NCBI GenBank assembly: GCA_964016885.1
Contig: CAXHJY010001212.1
Span: 1-33,691 of the forward strand
Direction: 5' to 3'
From: Eledone cirrhosa
Taxonomy: Eukaryota
DNA: 33,691 nucleotides
The translations under genes were made by a program, and so were the position numbers. The notes beneath the pieces were generated by a model. That model searched no databases. It was given only the letters and a program-made list of their open reading frames with translations, and was not told the DNA's origin. Positions 1 to 10,633 of the stretch are shown piece after piece. Numbering within the stretch: position 1 is the stretch's first letter; each line of letters opens with the position of its first letter.

Positions 1-25
1 TTGCCTAAACATTGCGTCTTTCTTG

Positions 26-391
26 TGTGTGGCGCATGCGCAAACTGAGCACGCAACCCACACACAAACAAAATGGCGTAGGATAGAAGAAAGGAAAGGC
101 ACAGAAACGAAGAAAGAAATCCCCAGTCACTGAAGAGGTCACAGAGTGTGTGACGAAAGAACTATGACTATATATATATAAACAACTATCTGGTTGTGGA
201 ACCAACCAACCAACCAGAAATTTATAGATTTATAAATTTGTAAATTTATAAATATTTAATAAATTAAATTGAAGTGAAAGCAACTGGTGCGTGTGTTTCT
301 TATTGGCAACATGACCCTCCCAAAGTATAACAATATCGGTTTCAACACACGATTTCAGATAAAGAATCTTGCTAAACAAATTCAGAAACGA
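26..391 (+). mobile_element. 3' terminus (pseudo-LTR with 55-nt tail) of Penelope-like family A
   Basis: Near-identical to 14472-14774 and similar to 8136-8416, which directly follows a PLE RT/GIY-YIG pseudogene. Contains a hammerhead and ends in (AT/AC)n. Confidence 0.85.
125..169 (+). ncRNA. Minimal type-I hammerhead ribozyme (family A)
   Basis: agtca-CTGAAGA-g-gtcaca gagtg tgtgac-GAAA-gaac-TA-tgact. Stem I agtca/tgact, stem II gtcaca/tgtgac. Predicted cleavage after 164. Confidence 0.8.
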
Positions 392-478
392 CATATATAC
401 ATACATATATATATATATATACATATATACATACATACATATATATACATATATACATACATACATATATATACATAT

Positions 479-551
<73 letters not shown>

Positions 552-706
552 CATATAGACATACATACATATATACATACATAGATATATATATATATAC
601 ATATGTACATACATACATATATATATACATATATACATACATACATATATATATATATACATATATACATATATATACATATATATATATACATATACAT
701 ATATAC

Positions 707-737
<31 letters not shown>

Positions 738-1134
738 CATATATACATATATATACATATATATATATACATATACATATATACATATATATATACATAT
801 ATATATATACATATATATATACATATACATATATACATATATATATACATATACATATATATACATACATATACATACATATACATACATATACATATAT
901 ATACATATACCTACATATACATATATATACATATACATACATATATATACATATACATACATATATATACATATATATACATATACATATACATATATAT
1001 ACATATACATACATATATATACATATACATATATACATACATATACATATATATACATATATACATACATATACATATATACATACATATATACATACAT
1101 ATACATATATACATACATATATACATACATATAC

Positions 1135-1169
<35 letters not shown>

Positions 1170-1342
1170 CATATATTCATACATATATATACATACATAT
1201 ATATACATATATTCATACATATATATACATATATTCATACATATATATATATACATATATACATACATATATATATACATATATACATACATATATATAT
1301 ACATATATACATACGTATACATACACACACATATATATATAT
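392..1342. repeat. (AT)n/(ATAC)n compound microsatellite
   Basis: Direct inspection; interruptions are C on the + strand. Confidence 0.97.
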
Positions 1343-1345
1343 GTA

Positions 1346-1779
1346 GAAGTTATATTTAAATTGTTGGGATACAACAAGCAAATATTTTTATAACTGATAT
1401 AAAGCACACATATATACATGTACGTATGGATTCACCGAACATTTATTATAATGCTCGGTGTGTTTGTAAACAAACATCACGTATTAAGCCGTACAGTGTC
1501 TAGCAACTCACTCGATATGCAAATTAGGCTGCTCAGCCGTTAATATGCTTAAGGAAAGTATAAACTTTCAGACGTTCAACCATCTGCCAGGAAGGTATAC
1601 GGTGCTGACGATAGCTCAAAAGCTTGAAACTAGTATAGCGTTCCTTTGTCAGTGTTGAACAAATGAGCAACGATCGTTGCTAGACACTGTACGGCTTAAT
1701 TCGGGATGTTTGTTTACAAACACACCAAGCATTATAGTAAATGTTCGGTGAATCCTTACGTACATGTATATATGTGTGC
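1346..1779. mobile_element. Non-coding fold-back element with hammerhead and one-sided tail (probably PLE-mobilised)
   Basis: ~104-bp inverted arms 1404-1507 and 1676-1779. The left arm alone extends ~58 nt (1346-1403), and this extension is homologous to 15134-15198. Confidence 0.7.
1599..1641 (+). ncRNA. Minimal type-I hammerhead ribozyme (slightly degenerate)
   Basis: acggtg-CTGACGA-tagct caaa agctt-GAAA-ctag-TA-tagcgt. Palindromic CTAG in stem III; one mismatch in stem I. Confidence 0.7.
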
Positions 1780-1934
1780 ATGTATGTATATATATATACG
1801 TACTACTGTACGTCTGTATACATATATGTATGTACGTATACATACTTATACATATATATATATTTATATATACTGTATATATACACATACCTACATATAT
1901 ATATATATATATATATATATACTGTATATATATA

Positions 1935-2620
1935 CATAAAATATTTATTTCAAACCCAAACTTCACACTAAGAGTTTTCTCCTTCAAAGTAATCCCCCTT
2001 GAGTATGTAACTGTAATCTTAGCCCTCTGCAGCGATGAAACTTTTTTCTTCGTAATTTTATATACATGTCCTCTGTTTCAGGTCGTCAAGCACTGAGCAG
2101 AGAGCAACGAACAAACTTCAAAACTCCGTTAGAAGCACTGGGGTTGCTGCAGCAAGTGTATGGAGATGAGACGATGTCACGCACACGTGTTTTTGAGTGA
2201 TGCAAGAGGTTTAAAGAAGGACGCGAGGACGTGGAAGATGACCCCAGGAGCGGAAGGCCCTTAACAACCAGGACTGAGGTCAACGCTGAGCGCGTCAGGC
2301 AGATAGTGCATAGCGATCGTCGGCTGATGGCAAATGAGCTGGGCATGAATCAGGACAGCGTCTGGAAGATTCTCACTGAAGATTTGGACATGCGGAAAGT
2401 CTACGCGAAGATGATGCAAAAACTGCTGAACGATGACCAGAAGAGTCGACGCATGCAAGTGTACCAGGACATCCTCGAGCGTCTTGAAACTGAACCAGAC
2501 TTTCTAGGGACAGTCAGCCCCGGTGATGAGTCATGGATCTTCGAATACGACCCGGAGTGGACACGTTTTTAAGACGTGGATGACATCAAAAAGGCCGTGA
2601 CTACGGAACTGCGGAGGATC
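1935..2620 (+). pseudogene. Tc1/mariner (mariner-type) transposase relic, internally deleted, no intact TIRs seen
   Basis: Translation ...[35 protein letters not shown]...GDESWIFEYDPE, then a jump to the C-terminal RF*DVDDIKKAVTTELRRI. Stops and frameshifts. Left boundary approximate. Confidence 0.88.
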
Positions 2621-2838
2621 CATTGCTTTATATCTGGAGATCTCTCTGCCCTTGTCGTCACATGGTACCATGGGCCCAGCACTATGTGTCAATAATTGTC
2701 ACAAGTGTAGTGTTTGTACCAGAGTTTTCAAGTCGCTGGCTGGACTAAAAAGTCACACTCGTTCAGCGCATCGGTAGGGGTTCTCCTACATGGATATAAA
2801 GTAGTGGCCGTACTCGAAAATGAGTTGGCAGCCACCAT
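2621..2838 (+). mobile_element. 5'-truncated copy of RTE-derived non-autonomous element
   Basis: Near-identical to the reverse complement of 30523-30740. 2706-2777 encodes [23 protein letters not shown], a C2H2-type motif like RTE-clade ORF C-termini. Confidence 0.7.
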
Positions 2839-3180
2839 GTATGTATATATGCATGCATGCATGTACGTGCGCGTGCGTGTGCTTTTTTTTTTTTTTTAAA
2901 TAACAGATTAAGTAACAATTTCTATCAGTTGATACTTACTTAATGATCTATGACATGTTGGGCATGTACTGGATAAAGTAAGTTTCACAGTTCTTCTCAC
3001 ATTACAATTGAATAGAAAAGGACATTCACCGGCCAGCTGAAAATACAAAGATATATATTACAAATGTTTACGTTAATACTGTTTTAACAACTTGAGCGCT
3101 TGATGCATAGGTATGTTTTAGTATAGTATGGGGTGATGTACACTTGGTGTTACACTATAGTCCTTTATAAGCTGAGTGTT

Positions 3181-3381
3181 AATAATAATTATTGTATCTA
3201 CTTTTGGCACAAGGCCAGCAATTATCCATGTGCATTACTGGTGCTTCATTTTATCGACCCCGTAAGGATGAAAGGCAAAGTGAACCTCGGCAGGATTTGA
3301 ACTCAAGCCGTAAAGGGCCGTAACTCTATGCTACAAAGCATGGTGCCCGAACCTCTACTGATACAGCCAATCCACCACCCT
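3181..3381 (-). mobile_element. tRNA-derived SINE
   Basis: Minus strand has B-box-like GAGTTCAAATCC, central GCCTTTCATCCTTACGGGGTCGATAAA and a (TAT)n tail. Resembles cephalopod SINEs from recall; not searched. Confidence 0.75.
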
Positions 3382-3411
3382 TGTTAAGAATAAACTAAGA
3401 GTGTGAAAGAG

Positions 3412-3629
3412 GTGTCAAAGTGTCATCATTAAGTGTATTCAGGTGTTATACGCATTTCATGATTGATCAGATCAAGGTATGATCCGTATCAGACTCGCGG
3501 ATTCCTTAGTCTGATGAGCTACTGATTACAGAGCCGATCCCGATCGATACGGAATGTACTGTACAATGAGCTGATGAATCGCGAAACGCGCGTAACACCT
3601 GAATAAACTTAATCATGATATTTTGACAC
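3412..3629. repeat. Decayed fold-back (about 63-bp inverted arms) with hammerhead-like core
   Basis: 3412-3474 is the diverged reverse complement of 3567-3629. Inner pair tccgtatc/gatacgga. CTGATGA...GAAA-cgcgcg-TA at 3571-3594 followed by AATAAA. Confidence 0.65.
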
Positions 3630-3660
3630 TACGTCCCTACTCATTATATAGATAGATATA

Positions 3661-6162
3661 TTTCTTTATTAGCCACAGGGGCACAAAAGAAGGGGACAAA
3701 TACAAAGGGGGAAGTTTACATACAATAAAAACATGTAAAATGTTATCACAGATGGAATTTAAAAAGTTAGTCGATTTTCCCCAATAGAGGGAGACAGTTT
3801 ATATGGGTAACACATACCCCCGAAAAAAAATGTGCAACCCTCATCTCCAGGAGTACAAAGAGTTTGTACTCCCTTCCTCTCCTCCTCCTTTTCCTCAACC
3901 TACAGGCTGATATAGAGAGAAGGCCCATTCACTCGGGCCATTCTCGCCACTTTCACCCACCTTTCATAAAACTTGCTGGGGTACAGCACCTCTCTCTCCA
4001 TCCTGATTCTTCCTCCAAAGTGGTATTTGAAAAAAAGAATCAGTTGTTGGCCGGAGAGAAAGGTGTCTGACCTCAGCCCTTTCAACCTTGTCCACCATAC
4101 AACCTCTTTCGCCATAGCTATCACACAAAGGAAAACCGCCTCTCCTTCGTTTTTGAAGGAGGGTGGCGGTTTGATCATGACAATGGACTCGGTGGTCAAC
4201 TGGACTGGTCCCACCCTCGACAATAGTCGTTCTACATAGCCCCACAGGTCAGTGACGCCCGGGCAGTGTATGAATGCGTGCGCGACGGTTTCTTCGTCTC
4301 GCACGCACCTCGGACAGATCTTTTTTGCAGGGTCCCTGCCCGGGCGCCCATGTCTGTAGAGCTTGTCTCGAACTGGTAGAGCTCCTCGGTAGCACTGCCA
4401 GGCCAGGGACTTTTGGAAGTTGTCCATCAGTCCCGGGCGGAAGGTCCTACCGAACAGACTGGCCAGTTCATCTTCCTCTACGCCTAGAGTTTCACCGAGC
4501 GCGTCGTCGCACTTGCTGCGGACTAACCCTCTATAGAATGACGAAGTGGAGTCACCACTGATCGCCGGGTCCGCCTGCCAGAGGGCTGAGAGCGCCTGAG
4601 CACATTCGATGTGCCAGTCGCCCATTTTCCTCGGTCTTTGCTTGACCCAGGACTGCAGCTCGGTCAGCGAGACGAGTTGTGGGAAGGCTCGCCTCACGAA
4701 CGGGGCCCACAACGGTTGTCCGGTGAGGAATACGTAGAAATGCCGCAGCCTGAGCGCGTGTTTGCGCATCGTCAACCACGGCATCCCCAGCCCTCCGTTA
4801 GAAGGGTGTTGGCAGCAGATGGATCTTCTCACCAAAGGAGCCCGCCTCTTCCAAAGGAATCGGAAGAGCGCGCGCTCCATTTTGGCGAGCGTTTTGGCTG
4901 GACAAGGCACGACGGTCAAGCGGTAGTAGATGGCGGACGCTATAAAAGTGTTCGCCACCTCCGCTCGACCTTTCAAGGATAGTTTGCACTCGGCCCACTT
5001 CTGGGTGAGTGCAAACAACTTGGCCGTCACTTCGTTCCAGTTCTTCTCCACCTGGAGGTCCGGACCAAACCAGACCCCGAGCAGCTTTACCGGTCCTTCC
5101 GTCCAGCGTCCGACGACGCCATCGGAAGGCATCGGTCTGCCTCTCCACGATCCGAGTTGCAAACCGATGGACTTGTCCCGGTTCAGCTTCGCTCCTGTGA
5201 GACTTTCGTATTCCTTCAGTAAGGTGCCGACTTCCTCGATTTGCGAGGTGCTCGACACCATTACTGTCACGTCGTCGGCGTAGGCCGACGCCGCTTTCCG
5301 CAGTCCCGGTTCCAGAGGGATGCCCTGCAATAGCTCCAGCTTCCGCAGTAGTGGCTCGAGAGTCAGTACGTACAGAAGGGAGGAGAGAGGGCATCCCTGT
5401 CGAATGGATCGCGTAATATGGAACGGCTCCGAGAGGTAGCCGTTCACCTTGACCCTTGAGCAGATGTTGCTGTTGTGCATTGCAGCGATCCAGCCCCTGA
5501 ACACGAGTCCGAAGCCTGCCGCCTCGAGCACCGCATCCAGGTAACGATGGTCAACCCTATCGAAAGCCTTAGACTGATCCAAGTTGATCAGGGCCCCACC
5601 GAAGCCGGGCTTACACCCTACTGTCTCTATGATGTATCGTATGAGGTGGAGGTTGTCGTGTATGGACCTGGTCGGGATTGCGCATGTCTGCGCTTCTCCC
5701 ACCAGGTTCTCGACGACAAGCGCCAGCCTCTTTGCCAACACCTTGGCCAAAATCTGTAACTCTGTGTTTAGCAGAGTTATGGGCCGGAAGTTTCCTATGT
5801 CATCCCCCTTATTCTCGTCCTTCCTGATTAGTGTGACCACGCCCCCGGTTACAGAACTGGGAATTCTCCCGTTCTGTTGCCAGTTGCAGTAGACCGCTTC
5901 CAGGAGACCGGAGAATAAGTCCGGCATTGCTACGTAAAATTCGTAGGGTAGACCGTCGAGACCTGGAGATTTGCGTTTGCCGCATTGGCTCAGCGCGTCC
6001 CCTATCTCAGTGGCTGAAATAGGCTTTTCGCAGAACTTTGCCTCGCTGTCCGAGAGTTGCGGTAGGCCGTCAAGGTATGGACCGAAATCCATAGCCTCTC
6101 CCGGCGCGCCGCTCCCCCCGAACAGCCGAGCAAAGTGCCGCTGAAAAGCCGCACACATCTGG
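3661..6162 (-). mobile_element. 5'-truncated L1/Tx1-clade non-LTR retrotransposon
   Basis: GC-rich ORF2 fragment, ~240-nt 3' UTR, and AATAAAGAAA at the 3' end abutting a TA/TAGA microsatellite. Confidence 0.88.
3900..6161 (-). CDS. L1/Tx1-type ORF2 fragment (RT + zf-RVT); APE endonuclease lost by truncation
   Basis: KSPGLDGLPYEFY, FRPITLLN, LDQSKAFDRVDH, IRQGCPLS, AYADDV, CPRC..EETVAHAFIHC. About 753 uninterrupted codons. The first ~34 aa of the 3900..6263 ORF are antisense PLE sequence. Confidence 0.85.
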   Translation of the reverse strand, partial: QMCAAFQRHFARLFGGSGAPGEAMDFGPYLDGLPQLSDSEAKFCEKPISATEIGDALSQCGKRKSPGLDGLPYEFYVAMPDLFSGLLEAVYCNWQQNGRIPSSVTGGVVTLIRKDENKGDDIGNFRPITLLNTELQILAKVLAKRLALVVENLVGEAQTCAIPTRSIHDNLHLIRYIIETVGCKPGFGGALINLDQSKAFDRVDHRYLDAVLEAAGFGLVFRGWIAAMHNSNICSRVKVNGYLSEPFHITRSIRQGCPLSSLLYVLTLEPLLRKLELLQGIPLEPGLRKAASAYADDVTVMVSSTSQIEEVGTLLKEYESLTGAKLNRDKSIGLQLGSWRGRPMPSDGVVGRWTEGPVKLLGVWFGPDLQVEKNWNEVTAKLFALTQKWAECKLSLKGRAEVANTFIASAIYYRLTVVPCPAKTLAKMERALFRFLWKRRAPLVRRSICCQHPSNGGLGMPWLTMRKHALRLRHFYVFLTGQPLWAPFVRRAFPQLVSLTELQSWVKQRPRKMGDWHIECAQALSALWQADPAISGDSTSSFYRGLVRSKCDDALGETLGVEEDELASLFGRTFRPGLMDNFQKSLAWQCYRGALPVRDKLYRHGRPGRDPAKKICPRCVRDEETVAHAFIHCPGVTDLWGYVERLLSRVGPVQLTTESIVMIKPPPSFKNEGEAVFLCVIAMAKEVVWWTRLKGLRSDTFLSGQQLILFFKYHFGGRIRMEREVLYPSKFYERWVKVARMARVNGPSLYISL

Positions 6163-8414
6163 AACAATGACGTGCCGGCGTTGTATGGGCTTCGAAAAGA
6201 CCATAAAACGGGCAGTGACCCTGTCGCGGGACCACCAACACGGCCAGTCTGTGGAGCTAACATTGCTAGTAACTACAGACTGTCCTACTTCCTCTCCCTG
6301 ATCATACGCCCCATCATTGAAATGTCCCCAGATGTATGTGACAGCACGGAGGACCTCCTCAGCAGAATCGGCGTGAGTAACCGATCTAGGGACCTAACAA
6401 ACTGCATAATAGGTAGTATGGATGTTGTGTCCCTATATCCATCTATTGACGTGGATTTTGCTGTGGAGAAATGCGTAGAAATGATCAGTAAGAGCAATGT
6501 TGAGTTCCGTGGGATTGATACCACTTAGCTGGAACTCCTACTTAAACTTACCTATAGCAATAATTACCTAGACACATATGACCTTAGCAACCTGTGCCCT
6601 ACAAGACCAGCAAGAGGCAGACCACCTACCATTACCTCAATGGCCAAGAAAACCCACACAGATAGATGGAACGGGTGGACCAGAGCCATACGGACACCCG
6701 AAAACCACGATGAACTGAAGAAAATGATTGCACATGCGGTAGGGGCCAGCATAAAACTAACCCTTAAGGAACATATGTTCAAATTTAATGGAAGGAGCAG
6801 CCATTGGTGTTAGCATTGCAGGCGACATAGCTAACTTATTCATGGTATGGTGGGACAGTAGACTTAAACTTAAGCTTAAAGAACAATTAGAAGACCCCTT
6901 AACCCTGATAATGTACTCCCGCTACGTTGATGATATAAACATCGTAGTTAAGACACCCCCACTAGAGAACAGTCAGGAACTAGAGAAAAACACAATGGAA
7001 AGCATCCAGCAAATAGCAAACTCCATCCGCCAGAGCATTAGAGTTACTATAGACTACCCAAGTAAACACCCCAACCATCGATTACCTGTACTAGACACAG
7101 AGCTCTGGTTAGATACCATTAACAACAAATCCTCCATTCCCATTATGCCAAACCCATGACTTCCAAACATCTGATCCAGCGAAACTCGGCTGTTTCGGAC
7201 CATACCAAAATCAACATACTGATTGCGGATTTGGTACGGGTGATGAGAAACGTGTCCTGCATGTGCAACCCCGAAGAACTAGAGAGACACATACAACACT
7301 TCATCCACCGTATGCAGTTCTGTGGCTACAATCAGAGAGATAAAATCAGAGTGTATAGAGTAGCCAGAACAAAATGGGAAAAAAATGGTAAATAATGACA
7401 TAAATGGGACCTGCCCCTTGTATAGGAGCAAATTTTGGAATAGAATAGAAAGAACGAGGAACAAGGCTAATAGAATAAACTCATGGTATGATAGCAATAA
7501 ATACCAGAGTGTAATGTTCATCGATAAAACCCCTAGAGGTGAATTAGCTTACAAATTTAGAAGGGCCCTAAATAAACATAAACTCAATATTAAGATAGTA
7601 GAAAGACCAGGTACCTCCGTAAAAACACTTATTAGAAAGACATACCCTTTTCAAAGACACTCATGTATAGATAAGAAATGTATAACCTGTAAAATAAGCC
7701 CCCATATTAACTGTAAAACTAGAAATGTAGTGTATAGCATAAGATGTACTGAAGGACAATGTAGTGTACATAGGTGAGACAACTCGTAGTGTAGGGGAAC
7801 GGATAAATGAACACTGGCGAGACCTTCAAGATAGTAAAGAATCATCTGCACTCTACCAACATGCTAAAATAGAACACAAGGGTAAATTAGAGAACATAGA
7901 AATAAAAATAGAATATACACACAGAAAAGACGCAATGTTTAGACAAATTACAGAGGCAATAAACATAAAAGAATTACAACCAAAATTAAATAGAAAATAT
8001 GAGTGGAACAGCAACATCACAACTTACAATTAAGGACAAAATGAAAACACACGCACACACATAGAACAAACAACCAACCAGTAACATGTAAATAAACAAA
8101 TAAATAAATGAACATAAACACACACAGACACCCGGATGTGGCGCATGCGCAGACTGAGCACACAACACACACACAGAAACAAAATGGCGTAGGACAGAAC
8201 AAAGGAGAGGAACAGAAACAAAGAAAGGAATCCCCAGTCACTGAAGAGGTCACAGAGTGTGTGACGAAAGAACTATGACAATATATAAACAACTATCTGG
8301 TTGTGGAACCAATCAACCAACCAGAAATTTATAAATTTATTATAATAAATTGAAGTGAAAGCAACTGGTGCGTGTGTTTCTTATTGGCAACATGACCCTC
8401 CCAAAGTATAACAA

Positions 8415-8416
<2 letters not shown>
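6163..8416 (+). pseudogene. Decayed, 5'-truncated Penelope-like element (family A): RT + GIY-YIG + pseudo-LTR without tail
   Basis: ORF pieces 6172, 6788, 7156, 7385 and 7764 are collinear with the 786-aa PLE protein (GSMDVVSLYPSI, YSRYVDD, NVVYSIRC, YIGET). Several stops and frameshifts. Confidence 0.92.
8237..8279 (+). ncRNA. Minimal type-I hammerhead ribozyme (family A)
   Basis: Same core as 125-169; stem I gtca/tgac. Confidence 0.78.
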
Positions 8417-9005
<589 letters not shown>

Positions 9006-9209
9006 ATATTTGGGGAGGGTCATATTTGCGTAATATTGCCAGAATTAATAACAGAACACACTCACTGTTTGGTTGGTTTTCGCTTCTCGCTGTCTTTTAT
9101 ATATATATATCTGCGATCTAACTTACTCGGTCCTCAATGTTGCCATTGACTGACCGGCGGTCAAAAATAATACAGATACAATATAGACAAACACATATAT
9201 ATATAGTTT

Positions 9210-9252
9210 ACATAAATCTTTCGTTGCACATCTGCAACATCGTCAGTGGTGT
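9210..9252 (-). ncRNA. Hammerhead ribozyme motif (family B, inverted arm)
   Basis: Reverse complement of 13281-13323. Confidence 0.62.
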
Positions 9253-9524
9253 TATATTCATTGTTCCTCCTGTTGTGTTGTATGTCTACGCCATTTTTTT
9301 TTGTTCAGTCTGTCTATATATTTATTTATTTATTTGCTTGTTTGTTTATCTTATTTTATTTTGTCTTCTTTGCGCATGCGTTTGCGTGTGTGTATAGTGT
9401 TATGTGTGATGTGTGATGTGTGACTAGTGTGTATAGTGTTGTCTGCTGGGTGACTAGTGTGTGTTTATGTGCTTGTGTATGTATTTATTTATCTTATTTT
9501 ATTTAATTTAATTTACTTATTTAT

Positions 9525-10626
9525 TTATACTTCTCTTAGGTCAGTGTTGTTTGTTTGGGTGTTGTTGTTGTTCCACTCATTCTTTCTGTTTAGCTTTGGT
9601 CTTCTAATTTCTATTTCACTGGCCTCTCTGATTTGCCTATCTGCTGGGTCATTCCTATGTTTAGATATTATTCTAATTTCTATGTTGTCTATGTTACCGT
9701 CATGATGTTGTCTAGCATGTTCGTATAGTACTGACCCGTTTTTTCGTCCTTTTAGTTCCCCCCAGTGTTGGTCTATCCTTTCACCTATGCTACGAGCTGT
9801 CTCACCTATGTATGTTGTTGTCGTGTTTCTGCAAGTACCCTCTGTACATCTTATGCTATAGACTACGTTTCTAGTTTTACAGTTTATCCGGGGGTTCACC
9901 TTACATATGATACATTTCCTATTGGTACAGTGGGTTTTCTTAAAAGGGTAGGTTTTGCTGATCAGGGATTTTATGGTGGTTCCTGGCTTTTCTACCACCT
10001 TTATTTTTAAGTGGGTCTTTCTCAGGGCCTTTCTACACTGGTTAGCTAATTTCCCTCCAGGGGTGGCGTCCACAAACATGACACTCTGATATCTCTGGTT
10101 GTCGTACCATGATGTGGCCTTCCCTATCTTATGTCTAGCCCTATCTAAGCTATTCCATGATTTGCTCCTGTATAGTGGGCAAATTCCTTTCATGTCCAGT
10201 TCTATGAGGGTCTTATACTTTTCCATGGCTCCTTCGTATACTCTGACTCTGTCTCTTTGGTTGTAGCCAGAGAACTGCATGCGGTTGATGAAGTGTTGGA
10301 TGTGTCCTTCCATTTCTGTTGGGTCGCACATGCTGGACACATTCTTCATCACTCGTACCAAATCTGCGATCAGAATATTAAACTTAGCACTACTGGACAT
10401 TGCTGAGTTTTTGAGTATCAGGTATTTGGAGGCCATGGGTTTAGCATAGTGTGAGTGGAGAATTTGGGCTCTCTCGTCTATAGTGTTAATCCAGAGTTCT
10501 GTGTCTAATACAGGTAGTCTATTGTTAGGGTGTTTGGAAGGGAAGTCTATAGTTACAGTTATACTCTGGTGTATGGAATTAGCTATCTGCTGGATGCTTT
10601 CCATCGTGCTACGTTCTAAATCAAAC
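9525..10626 (-). pseudogene. Inverted duplicate of PLE ORF C-terminal half (thumb, Cys linker, GIY-YIG)
   Basis: Translation is identical to the last 366 aa of 10634..12994; no own start. Confidence 0.92.
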
Positions 10627-10633
10627 ATATAAG

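Noticed and set aside
2706-2777. Host C2H2 zinc-finger exon
   Set aside because: It lies in a repeat present twice in the window and matches the RTE-type C-terminal motif.
3290-3381. Functional tRNA gene
   Set aside because: A B-box is present but there is no convincing cloverleaf; it continues into SINE body and tail.
3864-6241. Short alternative-frame and antisense ORFs inside the Tx1 element (likewise inside the CR1 and PLE ORFs)
   Set aside because: Shadow ORFs of GC-richer retroelement coding sequence with no recognisable motifs.
6162-6263. N-terminus and start of the 787-aa ORF 3900..6263
   Set aside because: It is antisense read-through into the adjacent Penelope fragment; the true LINE sequence ends at about 6162.
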